Shown here: positions 10,193 to 19,058 of the stretch, piece by piece
Position numbering within the stretch: the stretch's first letter is position 1
How the letters are laid out: the number at the start of each line of letters is the position of its first letter
Source: Clostridia bacterium
GTDB taxonomy: Bacteria > Bacillota > DSM-521 > Neomoorellales > JACIYF01
NCBI GenBank assembly: GCA_014360065.1
Contig: JACIYF010000002.1
Coordinates: forward strand, 17,717 to 81,716
Length of the DNA stretch: 64,000 nt
Direction: 5' to 3'
The notes under the pieces: model-generated
What the model was told of the DNA's origin: nothing
Seen by the model: the letters and a program-made list of their open reading frames with translations, nothing else
Database searches by the model: none
Position numbers and translations under genes: made by a program

Positions 10193-11242
10193 TTACTCCG
10201 GGTAGCAAAATTGGCGGCAGATTAAGTGCCCTGCCCGCTCCACCCAGGTTTCTAAATAGACCCGGCGGCGCCAAAGGTAATGGATGTGCTCCAGAGTATA
10301 AGGAAGAAGGCGAAGGTCCAGCGGCCTTCCGGTCCAGCGATGCTGGAGGTACAGGTAACCGCAGCTGCGGTAGTTGGTATCCGCAATCTGTATCGCCGGA
10401 GGGCAGGCCGGCTTTCCCCTAGCCGTTAGAGCCAAGATTTGGGAATCATCGCCTTGCCGGCACAGGCGTAGGTACCCCTCTTCGCCCAGTCGCTCTCGGG
10501 CCCGCTGGGCGATTTCGGCAGCCCAGCGGTAATTCTCCCAGCCTGGCCCCGAAGCTAGAGCCGGCATCTGCCCAAGGCCGAAGGTCTCCTGGCAGATCTT
10601 CCCCTGCCAGTGCAACGCCCACCCCTCATTTAGCCACCAGGTTTCCCGCTCCGCCTCCAAGTACTGCAACTCTGCCCATACTCCTCGGGCTAGGCTCTGC
10701 TCCCATTCTTCCAGACTTTGGGCCTCCTCCAGGATCTGACCCAGGAGGTGCGAGTGGTGTTCCAGCGCTAAGCAAGCGGAGAGGAGGTCTTCCACCGGCT
10801 GCTCCCCCAGGTGCATCCGCCAGCGCCGGGCTTCAGCCGCCAGCACCGGCGCCAAGGCGGGAACCCGCCGCCGTTCCGGTCGCCCCAACCGTTCATGGTT
10901 GTTGATGAAATCGGCATGGGCCAGTCCATGGGCTAGGGCTAAGGCCAAAGCCCAGGGCAGATCTAACCCCAGGCAAAAATAGATCCGAGCTGGCTGGCTG
11001 CCCACGGTTAGCTCCGAGATAAAGAGCTGCCCTTGCTGCTTTTGCCGGCGCAGCCGCTCCAGGCGCATGCCAAAGATCCAGTGGCGAAAACGCCCGGGCA
11101 AACCATAGGCTTCCAGGGCCAAGAGCTCGCCCTGGTGGCAGGGAATGTATTCCACCTCTCCGGGAGCCAGGCCCAAGGCTTGGGCCGTTGCCTCTAACCT
11201 TTGGGTCAGATCCCTCCATCCAACAGTCGCCAAGGTTACCAA
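10193..11242 (-). CDS. spoVR: SpoVR-family protein (short form).
   Basis: Matches SpoVR blocks remembered from B. subtilis: AYGLPGRFRHWIFG, ALAHGLAHADFINN, WWLNEGWALHWQGKI. TTG start with a TGGAGG RBS. Confidence 0.7.
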   Translation of the reverse strand: MVTLATVGWRDLTQRLEATAQALGLAPGEVEYIPCHQGELLALEAYGLPGRFRHWIFGMRLERLRRQKQQGQLFISELTVGSQPARIYFCLGLDLPWALALALAHGLAHADFINNHERLGRPERRRVPALAPVLAAEARRWRMHLGEQPVEDLLSACLALEHHSHLLGQILEEAQSLEEWEQSLARGVWAELQYLEAERETWWLNEGWALHWQGKICQETFGLGQMPALASGPGWENYRWAAEIAQRARERLGEEGYLRLCRQGDDSQILALTARGKPACPPAIQIADTNYRSCGYLYLQHRWTGRPLDLRLLPYTLEHIHYLWRRRVYLETWVERAGHLICRQFCYPE

Positions 11243-11263
11243 GCCTCCAAGAGGTAGAGGACG

Positions 11264-12367
11264 CTATTCTTTCTCAAGAAATGTCTCCAGCCAGGCCCAG
11301 GGGGGTAGGGCAGCCTCCAGGCGCACCAGGCGAAATTTCTGCCCCCCGCCCAGTGAAGGAGTAGCCCCGGCTCTGGCTCCAACCAGCCTTTCGAGGTACC
11401 CCATCCAGCTAGATCGGCTCCTGGATAGACCAGGTTGCTGGCTCAGCTCTCCGTAAGCAAACAGCTGTACCTTGGCGCTAAGAGCCCGGGCCGCTCGCCC
11501 AGCTTCCAGATAGTCGGAAGGAAGGTTATCGCCGTCGCTAAGGTGGAAGAAGTATACTGAGCGCCGCCCGTAGCGGTGGGCAATAATGGCATCCGCAGCC
11601 CGGTATCCAGAGGAGTAACGGGTTCCGCCCCCAGGGAGGAGCGAGAAAAATTCATTGCTGGTAACCTCCCGGCAGTCAACATGGTGAACTAGGAATACTA
11701 TCTCACACCCAGGATAACGCCACTCGAGAAAGCGCGCTAGCGCCCAGAAAAATTTCCGATCTGACCTCTGGGCCAGGCTTTGCGTGGAAGCGGAGATATC
11801 CCGGAGCAGGATCACTACCGGGTTGGCTTCTTCCCTATGCCCAAAAGGAACGCAGCGCCGGCGCCGGTCCCGTAACTGGATGTCACCCACCAGCGGAGCT
11901 TGTGCTTTCGCCCGCCGCCTCAAGTTAGCCTTGAGGGTACGGCGGCGGTCAAGCAGACAAATCTCCTCCTGCCGGCCCAAACCATACGGTTGGTCACCCA
12001 GGGCCAAGGAGAAATCCGCCGGGGAGCTGGCGGCTTGATCTAGACCCGGCAGGCACATCCGAGGCCACCAGGGGCCAGGACCTTGCTCCTTGGGGCGCCA
12101 AGCCTCCCGCATCTCGCCCCCCGGTTTATCGCCGGCCCGGCTGAAGGCTGGACCGGGCGCTGCGGCGGGGCTGTATCGCGAAGGTCCACCCCCATCTTCG
12201 GCTTGGTCGCCGCCCCCGTCTTCGGCAAAGAAAAAGCCGGGGGGACGGAGAAACTCCCAGGGCCCGGCCAACTCCTCCCATCCCACCCGATCATGCTGTC
12301 CCTGCCGCCGGGCCTCATTTAGTTTTTCCCGGTGTCGTACCGCATCGATGCTGGAGTTGGTAACCAT
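11264..12367 (-). CDS. yhbH: DUF444 / YhbH-family (vWA-like) protein.
   Basis: The C-terminal half aligns by eye to YhbH: VVILLRDISAST..FFWALARFLEWRYPGCEIVFLVHH..GGGTRYSSGY..YFFHLSDGDNLPSD..FAYGE. I chose the ATG at 12367 with a GGGGAGG RBS; the track start at 12673 overlaps prkA. Confidence 0.75.
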   Translation of the reverse strand: MVTNSSIDAVRHREKLNEARRQGQHDRVGWEELAGPWEFLRPPGFFFAEDGGGDQAEDGGGPSRYSPAAAPGPAFSRAGDKPGGEMREAWRPKEQGPGPWWPRMCLPGLDQAASSPADFSLALGDQPYGLGRQEEICLLDRRRTLKANLRRRAKAQAPLVGDIQLRDRRRRCVPFGHREEANPVVILLRDISASTQSLAQRSDRKFFWALARFLEWRYPGCEIVFLVHHVDCREVTSNEFFSLLPGGGTRYSSGYRAADAIIAHRYGRRSVYFFHLSDGDNLPSDYLEAGRAARALSAKVQLFAYGELSQQPGLSRSRSSWMGYLERLVGARAGATPSLGGGQKFRLVRLEAALPPWAWLETFLEKE

Positions 12368-12440
12368 GGGCCTGCCTCCCCAAAGGACATTCCCCTGCCT
12401 GGTGCCCGGGTATAGGTGCCAAGTTCCTACCCGGGTAGTT

Positions 12441-14060
12441 TCAGCCCATTTGGTCATAGGCCTGACCGTAAGTAAGGTCGGTTTCCGGAAGGCCGTAAAA
12501 AAGGCGGCGAAATTCCTCAGCGCAAACCTCGCAGAAGTCACAGCGGGACCAAAGATACCTTTTAACCTGGTTCCAGCGTTCCTCCCCGCCAGAAGCCCCA
12601 GGGCAAAGCCAGCCCTGGCCAAGAGCCTGATAGGCCAGGGCCCTGACCGGGTCAATGCCGGGGCCAATACCAAGGCCTGGTCCCGGATAGCTATCCTGCC
12701 CGGAGGTAGCTCTTACCCCCTCCCCTAGCCCAGCTGCCGCCAAAGCCGTCCCCACTACTTGTAGTGTCCGCTCTTGGATATATTCCTGAGCCAAATCCAG
12801 TAGATAAACCAGCCGCTTCTTTTCCTCCTCGCTTTTCTCCCACCAGGCCAGGATGGCTTGCTCCAGGTTCCCCCGAAGCGCCTGCCAGGCCAGGCAGGAC
12901 GACTGGTAAGCGCTGGCCAGCACATCGACTACCCAGCGCGGGCCCACTCCGCTCATGCCCGCCGGCCAAGCCCCAGGGGTGAAAGCCGCATTGGCACCCG
13001 CCCGGCCATCTGCGGCTAGGTGTGGATGCAAGCGTTGCAACAGCTCCGTAGCCTCCCTTTGGCCGTCATCCAATCGGGTTAGCACTGCCCAGGCGGCTGC
13101 CCCTTCCAAGGCCAGGGGCGAAAGGTGCACTCCGCCTAAAAGCTTACGGTAGATCTTTACTTCCGTTTCCGGCGACAAGGCATAAGGTACCGGAACCACA
13201 AACATGCGCGAAGCTAAGGCCTGGTTACGGGGATTGCGGACAAAAGCCACGTACTCGGCCGGGTTGGTGTGGCCAATTACCACCTCATCGGCGCTAATCA
13301 AAGCAAACCGCCCGGCCTTAAACTGGCCTTCCTGCACCAAGCTTAAAAGTGGGTACAGAAACCTTTCATCGCACTTTAAGAGCTCGTGAAACTCCATGAT
13401 CCCTCGGTTGGCGGCGCTGAGTTCGCCATCGAAACAGTAAGCTCGGGGATCGGACTCGCTGCCGTATTGGCCCACGGTGGCAAAATTGACGCTGCCCAGA
13501 AGGTCGGCCAGGTCTTGGCTTTTGGGATCCCCGGGGACGAAGGTACCGATGCCTACCCGTTTGGCTTCCGATATCTCCACTGGTTCCACCGGAAACCTTT
13601 CTGCCTGGCTCTGATATTCCTCCTCCAGCCGAAGCTGACAGCGGGGGCAAAGCCGGCCCTCAATGGTTATTCCCAATTCCTGTTCCCAAAAGGGCCGTTC
13701 TTCTCGGCTGAGCAAGTGAAGCGGTTCCTCGTGCATGGGGCAGCCCTGAAGGCCAAACAGCGCCCCCTCCTCCTGGCGGCTATACCATTCCAAACCGCGC
13801 TTCAGCCATTCGGCAATGGTAGATTTGCCGCTGCCCGGTGGCCCTACCAAAAGCAGAATGCGGTGCCTGACATCCATGCCTCGGGCCGCCGCACCGAAAT
13901 AGCCTTCCACCAGGCGGTCCAAGGTGGTTTCCAGCCCAAACAGCTGGGAGGAGAGATGGGCCCGCCCCCATTTGGTGAGCCACCTGTACAGGCGCCGGTG
14001 CGAAGTCTGAGCCACTTCCGGCCTTTGTCGAACCAAGGCCAGGTAATCGCTAAAAGTCAT
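12441..14060 (-). CDS. prkA: PrkA-family AAA serine protein kinase.
   Basis: 539-aa ORF with Walker A LLLVGPPGSGKST and PrkA-type blocks (GIMEFHELLKCDERFLYPLLSLVQEGQFK, VIGHTNPAEY). RBS AGGAGGGG. Confidence 0.85.
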   Translation of the reverse strand: MTFSDYLALVRQRPEVAQTSHRRLYRWLTKWGRAHLSSQLFGLETTLDRLVEGYFGAAARGMDVRHRILLLVGPPGSGKSTIAEWLKRGLEWYSRQEEGALFGLQGCPMHEEPLHLLSREERPFWEQELGITIEGRLCPRCQLRLEEEYQSQAERFPVEPVEISEAKRVGIGTFVPGDPKSQDLADLLGSVNFATVGQYGSESDPRAYCFDGELSAANRGIMEFHELLKCDERFLYPLLSLVQEGQFKAGRFALISADEVVIGHTNPAEYVAFVRNPRNQALASRMFVVPVPYALSPETEVKIYRKLLGGVHLSPLALEGAAAWAVLTRLDDGQREATELLQRLHPHLAADGRAGANAAFTPGAWPAGMSGVGPRWVVDVLASAYQSSCLAWQALRGNLEQAILAWWEKSEEEKKRLVYLLDLAQEYIQERTLQVVGTALAAAGLGEGVRATSGQDSYPGPGLGIGPGIDPVRALAYQALGQGWLCPGASGGEERWNQVKRYLWSRCDFCEVCAEEFRRLFYGLPETDLTYGQAYDQMG

Positions 14061-14192
14061 GGCATCCCCTCCTCTTTCCCCCGGTTACAGCTTATGCCGC
14101 CAACCCAAGAACCAAGCTCGCTTTATTTTCCCAGCCGATTTGGGTTATAATTAAGGCGTATGTTTCCCAAAACTGGTTGGGAGGGCTTGGAT

Positions 14193-14927
14193 ATGATATT
14201 TCAGCAGGATTTTACTCTGGAACCAGAAGGCCTATTAGCCTTTTCTCCTAACATCATTCATCCTGAGCCTGATATCCGCAGGCTTCGCGATGCAGCCCCG
14301 GTATTAAAGAACCAGCTCCCTTTAGATGACCGCCCTCTCTACTACATGTACCGGGAAGTAACGCGCCAAGGCGATGAGAAAGTATTTCGGGAATATAACC
14401 TCCGCTATGACATTACCGTCCTGGTTCCTGGGCTGCTGGGAGACGAATTTATCAAGACAGTAGGGCACTTCCACCCCCTAAAGCCCCACTCATCGGAAAC
14501 CTACCCGGAGTATTACGAAGTGCTATACGGGGAAGCCATCTACCTCTTGCAGAAAAACGATCGGGCTAGCGAAGCCGAAGAAGTAATTGCAGTGCGGGCC
14601 AAGAAGGGAGATAAAGTCTACATACCGCCCAACTACGGCCACGTCACCATTAACCCCGGCGAAACCCACCTGGTCATGGCCAACTTGGTCGAGAGGAATT
14701 TTAAATCCATCTATGAACCATTTGCCGAGAAGCGAGGAGCGGCCTACTACTACATCCAAGTCAACGATAAAAAGAATGATTTCGTTAAGAATCCGGCCTA
14801 CAGCCACCAGGTGGCCCTAAAAATGGTAGGCGCCCCTAGCCTCCCCGCCCCCGTCGAGGGAATTGAAAACCAGGGCCTATACGAGGCCTTCCTGAAGAAC
14901 CCCGAGGGGTTCAAGTTCCTCGTATAG
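14193..14927 (+). CDS. pgiA: Cupin-type (archaeal-type) glucose-6-phosphate isomerase.
   Basis: Cupin metal motif TVGHFHP...PEYYEVLYGEA...IPPNYGHVTIN. ATG at 14193 preceded by GGGAGGG. Confidence 0.75.
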   Translation: MIFQQDFTLEPEGLLAFSPNIIHPEPDIRRLRDAAPVLKNQLPLDDRPLYYMYREVTRQGDEKVFREYNLRYDITVLVPGLLGDEFIKTVGHFHPLKPHSSETYPEYYEVLYGEAIYLLQKNDRASEAEEVIAVRAKKGDKVYIPPNYGHVTINPGETHLVMANLVERNFKSIYEPFAEKRGAAYYYIQVNDKKNDFVKNPAYSHQVALKMVGAPSLPAPVEGIENQGLYEAFLKNPEGFKFLV

Positions 14928-15000
14928 GCCCATTAACGTGGGCATAGGCCCGCGGGGAGGAGCAGATAGGAAGCCTCGCTTCAGGCCTTAGCCTTAGGCT

Positions 15001-16587
15001 CTAGGAACCGCCACCCTCGCCGCTCTGGCCGCTGCCACCGCCTCCACCGCCTTGGCCGCCGCCACCGGCGCCGCTCTGGCCACCGCCTTGCGCCCCTGGA
15101 GCTGCGCCCGGTCCAGGCGGCTGAGGTTTAATTTGCACGCTCTGGATTTCCCCTTCTACCTCCATGGTGAAGGTCTTGCCATCTTTAGTCTTGATCTGCA
15201 CCAGATTGCGGGGTTTGGGGCCGCCTTGGCCACCGCCAGCCTGGCCACTTTGGCCTTCTCCGCCACCGCCTTGACCGCCCTGGCTGCCGCCTCCAGATCC
15301 GCCGCCGCTTTGGCCGCCGCCTTGGCCACCGCCACCGCCTCCACCGCCTTGGCCGCCTGCTTGACCAGGAGCAGCAGCATGGCGCTGCTGGATGAGGTAG
15401 ACGTTCTCCGGCTGCACCAACCGGGCAGGAACAATCTTGGCAGGCACATCGTAATCTCCTGCCGCCAACTGCTGGTTGTAGCTCCAGTTGGATCGCTGGG
15501 CCAGCTCCCGGGCGGCTTCATAAGCCGTTTGTAAAGCTACATCCGGCTGGGTATCGATCTCAGCTTGTTGGCTTCCCTGGTTGAGGGCGCTGGCCGCATC
15601 TTTGCCCCCACCTACGCCTACGCATATGACCTTGCCGGCCAGGTTATTAGCAACCAGCGCCTGGCTAAGGGAGGAAGCAATCTGATCGTCGGCTGCCAGC
15701 ACTGCACCCAAGGGAAGGTGCTTCTTTAGCAGAGAGAAAACGGTGGCATCGGGGCTCAGGCCGGCCGGGACCTGGTCAGTTATAACCTGTAGCTGGTTAC
15801 CAACTGCCGAGCGTAAACCCGACAGCATCAGGCTGGTCTCCGGCTGAGCGTTACCCCGGCTAATGAAAAGCACCCGAGGGCTGGTCAGGGCTAGGGTTCG
15901 CATGGGGCCGGCCGCTTGGCCAGCTCCGCCTCCGCCCGCGCCCCCACCGCCGGCACCCCCGCCACCAGCTCCGCCGCCCGGGCTACCACCGGCTGCGCCT
16001 CCTCCCTGACCGCCGCCGGCTGCACCTGCACCGCCGCCACCGCCCCCGCCGACGGCTCCCAGCATGGTAGGCGCTGGGGCCTTAGCTTCGCCCCGGCGGA
16101 CTTTCTGCAGAAACTGGCCCTGGAGCTCACCGATGCGTCGGGGATCGGCACCCACATAACCTTGGACTGGTACCCCATCGGGTAAGCGGCCGATGGCCAC
16201 GATGGGCAGCTGCCGATTCAGGGCTTCACGCAGGACGGTGGAGCCCTGCTTAGGATCAACGGGCTCAATGATTAGAGCCTTGATCTCCGATTTTACCAAT
16301 TCGCCCACATCCCGCTCTTGCTGGCTACTATCACCCTTGGCATCTTTTACGATCAGCTGCACCCGGTCCTGCTGCTGCCTAGGCATCAAGGTGCGCTGAA
16401 CCAACTCGGCCGTCCCCCCGACCCCGGCCAAGCTGACCCCAATCTTGGTAGGTGGAGTAATGGGTTTTTGGGAGCCCCGCCGGCTGCAACCGCCCATGCA
16501 GGTACTAACAGCAATGATGATGACGGTAACTGTAACAGCAACAACCGAGATCAGACTAGAACCCCTGGATTTGGCCACGACATCCAC
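15001..16587 (-). CDS. Lipoprotein with a type-1 periplasmic sugar-binding (RbsB/LacI-like) fold, interrupted and extended by poly-Gly low-complexity tracts.
   Basis: 528-aa ORF with TM/lipobox (AVSTCMGGCS) and PBP1-like blocks (IGVSLAG..., ALIIEPVD, PIVAIGR, GYVGADP, VLAADDQIA, VGVGGG). It carries a roughly 48-aa Gly/Ala insert and a 121-aa C-terminal G/Q/S tail. Confidence 0.6.
   Translation of the reverse strand: MDVVAKSRGSSLISVVAVTVTVIIIAVSTCMGGCSRRGSQKPITPPTKIGVSLAGVGGTAELVQRTLMPRQQQDRVQLIVKDAKGDSSQQERDVGELVKSEIKALIIEPVDPKQGSTVLREALNRQLPIVAIGRLPDGVPVQGYVGADPRRIGELQGQFLQKVRRGEAKAPAPTMLGAVGGGGGGGAGAAGGGQGGGAAGGSPGGGAGGGGAGGGGAGGGGAGQAAGPMRTLALTSPRVLFISRGNAQPETSLMLSGLRSAVGNQLQVITDQVPAGLSPDATVFSLLKKHLPLGAVLAADDQIASSLSQALVANNLAGKVICVGVGGGKDAASALNQGSQQAEIDTQPDVALQTAYEAARELAQRSNWSYNQQLAAGDYDVPAKIVPARLVQPENVYLIQQRHAAAPGQAGGQGGGGGGGGQGGGQSGGGSGGGSQGGQGGGGEGQSGQAGGGQGGPKPRNLVQIKTKDGKTFTMEVEGEIQSVQIKPQPPGPGAAPGAQGGGQSGAGGGGQGGGGGGSGQSGEGGGS
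15004..15366 (-). repeat. Low-complexity GGN-codon tract encoding the C-terminal Gly/Gln/Ser tail.
   Basis: Runs of gccacc/gccgcc units are visible in the sequence. The translation is GQAGGQGGGGGGGGQGGGQSGGGSGGGS...GGGGQGGGGGGSGQSGEGGGS, flanking a short beta-like segment (PRNLVQIKTKDGKTFTMEVEGEIQSVQIK). Confidence 0.8.
15910..16053 (-). repeat. Low-complexity tract encoding the internal Gly/Ala insert.
   Basis: Translation is VGGGGGGGAGAAGGGQGGGAAGGSPGGGAGGGGAGGGGAGGGGAGQ, lying between the two PBP lobes. Confidence 0.8.
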
Positions 16588-16743
16588 CCTTTAGCTCATT
16601 CTTCCCGCTCGCTCTTTATTATCCTCAGCTGGGGGATTTTTATGTTTGCGGGCCCCTCCTCCCTCAGGTTTAGGAATTGTCGAAAGTGCGTAGACTATTA
16701 GTGCCCCGCGGGACTGAGCCGCGCAGGATTACGGAGCGGACCT

Positions 16744-16837
16744 AGCACTCAAATCGGGGCTTCCATCGCGAGATCTAGCCTGAATTGGATAGCCAAACCT
16801 TGCCAGTGATGGCGAGCCCGAGATTGAGTGCTGGGCG
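16744..16837. repeat. Inverted doublet of the dispersed repeat core (REPIN-like unit U1).
   Basis: AGCACTCAA at 16744-16752 and TTGAGTGCTGGGCG at 16824-16837 are inverted, with a spacer of about 70 nt. The flank GCGCAGGATTACGGAGCGG (16720-16738) recurs inverted at 42184-42202. Confidence 0.7.
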
Positions 16838-16855
16838 ACCGGAAATAAATGGTTT

Positions 16856-17062
16856 TTGAGGGAGAAAAGGGGAGAGGAAGAGTTGCTGTCCAAGGCCCGC
16901 AAGCAAAAGTCCCTTGAACTCTTCGTTGCCCAAGGGACTGCCTACCAAAAGCTGCTGGAAAAGGTGAACGACCAGGGGCGATACAATCGGGAAATCGCCC
17001 AAGTTCGCACCCAGGTGAAAAAGGCCCAGTATTTCCTGCGGCTGATGGGAAACAGCCGTTAG
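16856..17062 (+). CDS. Small hypothetical protein (59-68 aa, Lys/Gln-rich helical).
   Basis: ORF from the track. The internal TTG (LLSKARKQ) preceded by GGGGAGAGG is an alternative start. It overlaps the queG stop convergently. No recognisable family. Confidence 0.3.
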   Translation: MREKRGEEELLSKARKQKSLELFVAQGTAYQKLLEKVNDQGRYNREIAQVRTQVKKAQYFLRLMGNSR

Positions 17063-18120
17063 GCCTGGCTTTGTTCCTGGCCTAACTTGGCCTCAACGGC
17101 CGCAAGCGCCCACCGGGCGTGGGCGCTAACCACCGGCGACGGGTCTTGGGCCAAGCTCTTCAGCCAGGGTAGGGCTTGGGAAGAACCCCGGTTGCCCAGG
17201 ACAATGGCAGCGTTGCGCCGCAACACCTGGTGTCCCTTCCAATTCATGGCGGTCTGGCCAAGCCAATCTTGAAATTGCTTCCGATCCAGGTTAATTAACG
17301 GTTCTAATTTGATGGTAGGCGGGCTATCGTCAGGCAACGCCAGTCTGGGGTTGGCCGGGCAAGCTTCCTGGCAGCGGTCACACCCCCAGAGGCGATCCTC
17401 AAAGAAGGGCCGCATATCCTCAGGAACTAAACCCCGGCGCTGGGTAAGATAGGAAAGGCAGCGCTCGGGATCAAGGGCATATGGCTCTACCAATGCCCCG
17501 GTGGGGCAAGAAGACACGCAGCGGCCGCACCGGGAGCAAGGCTGGCCCTCACCATTTACCATCAGGGCGCGAGGAAGCGGAACCGCCTCGACGACGCCGG
17601 GCAAATCTACATCCACCGCCAGCTCCCCTAGGTGCACCCAAGTGCCGTATTGGGGGGTCCAGATGAGGGTATTGGGTGCCCAGTGGCCTAACCCCGCCCG
17701 GAAGGCCCAGCGCTTGTCAGCCAGCGGCCCATTGTCAACGCTAACGAAGCCGCCGATGGGCCGACCCACCTGCCGTTCCAATCGGCCTTTGAGCTCCATC
17801 AGCAAAGTGGCAATGAATTGATGGTAGTCCTGGCGAGAGGCGTAGCGGGCAATCACCCCCGTAGGGGCCTTTTCGCCATCGGTAGGTAGGCTTTGCCCTC
17901 GTAGCTCACCCGGTAACGCCTCAGGTAGGTGCTTGATAGGAACAGCTACGCATATAACCCACCGGGCCCCCGCCTCCTGTAAAGCTCGCCACTCTCCAGG
18001 GGCAATCCGGGTGTAGGGAGGTTTAGAACTGGAGGTAGTGGCTTCCGCAGGCACGCGAGCTGCTCCTACTAGAACCCCGTGCTCCTCTGCCCAGCTGGCC
18101 ATGATGCTCGTAAGCGCCAT
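17059..18120 (-). CDS. queG: Epoxyqueuosine reductase.
   Basis: 353-aa ORF with ferredoxin motifs CSRCGRCVSSCPTGAL and CDRCQEACP, plus C-terminal HEAT-like repeats (RRNAAIVLGN...DPSPVVSAHARWAL). Confidence 0.85.
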   Translation of the reverse strand: MALTSIMASWAEEHGVLVGAARVPAEATTSSSKPPYTRIAPGEWRALQEAGARWVICVAVPIKHLPEALPGELRGQSLPTDGEKAPTGVIARYASRQDYHQFIATLLMELKGRLERQVGRPIGGFVSVDNGPLADKRWAFRAGLGHWAPNTLIWTPQYGTWVHLGELAVDVDLPGVVEAVPLPRALMVNGEGQPCSRCGRCVSSCPTGALVEPYALDPERCLSYLTQRRGLVPEDMRPFFEDRLWGCDRCQEACPANPRLALPDDSPPTIKLEPLINLDRKQFQDWLGQTAMNWKGHQVLRRNAAIVLGNRGSSQALPWLKSLAQDPSPVVSAHARWALAAVEAKLGQEQSQA

Positions 18121-18146
18121 CTGTCTTCAGCTCAGCCCGCTTTTCC

Positions 18147-19058
18147 CTAATTGAGCTCCACTATCCGCGGCACCAGCCCCATGCGGTCAATCAAATCCTC
18201 ATAATCTTGGCGCTTAATCTCAGCCAGGGGTTTCTGCAAAAGCGCTACCATTACCGCCTCCATGACGTTGGTGCCAAATGACCGCCCTTCTAGTTCCGGC
18301 GTAGTGGTGACCAAAGTCCGGATCCCGCGCTGGCGCAAGAATTCGATGTCCGCGGCCGTCACCGTATTGGTAACAATTATCCGCCCGGGCAAGCTAGGCG
18401 GCATGTGCCGGCGAATAAAGAGGAAGTCCCCGCCTATGATGTCGGCTTCCTGATAATACTTCCATAGCTTGCTCGATTCGCTATCAGTCTTTTCCTGCTC
18501 GGAACCGGTGGGGTATAACATTTTAAAGGGCAAACGAACAATGATAGGAGCTAGGATACTAGCAGCGATTCTCAGCTGTCTCATGGTTCGGAACGGCAGC
18601 GGGATCTTGAGGGCGAATACCAAATCGGCCATGACTAAGCGGGCACCTTCTTCATCGAAGGCCAGGGCCATGCCATATCGATCCACTGCAGCGGTGATCA
18701 GTACCCTCTTGCCTCGAAAATCCATTCCCTTTTCCCGGGCCAGGTACTTTACTGCCCGGTACTCCAAGATATTCTTTAAACCCCCGCCGTCCACCATGGG
18801 GGTCTTTTGCGCTGCCTTAAGGATCTTGGCCGCATCGCGAATCAGGTAGCGCCGGCTGCCAGTGGTTAAGTACAGATCGGTGCCCCCCATGCCAAAGGCA
18901 TCTACCTTTCCATCTAGCTCCTTGATGAGGGATATGGCCTTATCTATGTCGCCGTCGGTGCCAATCCGTTCAATGATAAATTCCTCGCCTAAAAACTCAG
19001 CCCGAGCCTTATGATCTCGCTTGGAAGAGCCTATGCTCACGCTGACCACGTGCTTCAT
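18147..19058 (-). CDS. Conserved hypothetical protein. This family is often auto-annotated as quinate/shikimate 5-dehydrogenase-like, but the function is unverified.
   Basis: 303-aa ORF reading MKHVVSVSIGSSKRDH...DAFGMGGTDLYL. It overlaps the upstream HTH gene by 4 nt, so the two form an operon. Confidence 0.5.
   Translation of the reverse strand: MKHVVSVSIGSSKRDHKARAEFLGEEFIIERIGTDGDIDKAISLIKELDGKVDAFGMGGTDLYLTTGSRRYLIRDAAKILKAAQKTPMVDGGGLKNILEYRAVKYLAREKGMDFRGKRVLITAAVDRYGMALAFDEEGARLVMADLVFALKIPLPFRTMRQLRIAASILAPIIVRLPFKMLYPTGSEQEKTDSESSKLWKYYQEADIIGGDFLFIRRHMPPSLPGRIIVTNTVTAADIEFLRQRGIRTLVTTTPELEGRSFGTNVMEAVMVALLQKPLAEIKRQDYEDLIDRMGLVPRIVELN

Noticed and set aside
15004-16053. Short tandem GCC/ACC/GCC-type repeats that could be mistaken for a tandem-repeat array or a CRISPR-like structure.
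   Set aside because: They are in-frame Gly/Ala codon runs inside a continuous 528-aa ORF. There are no unique spacers of constant length and no direct repeats of 25-40 nt.
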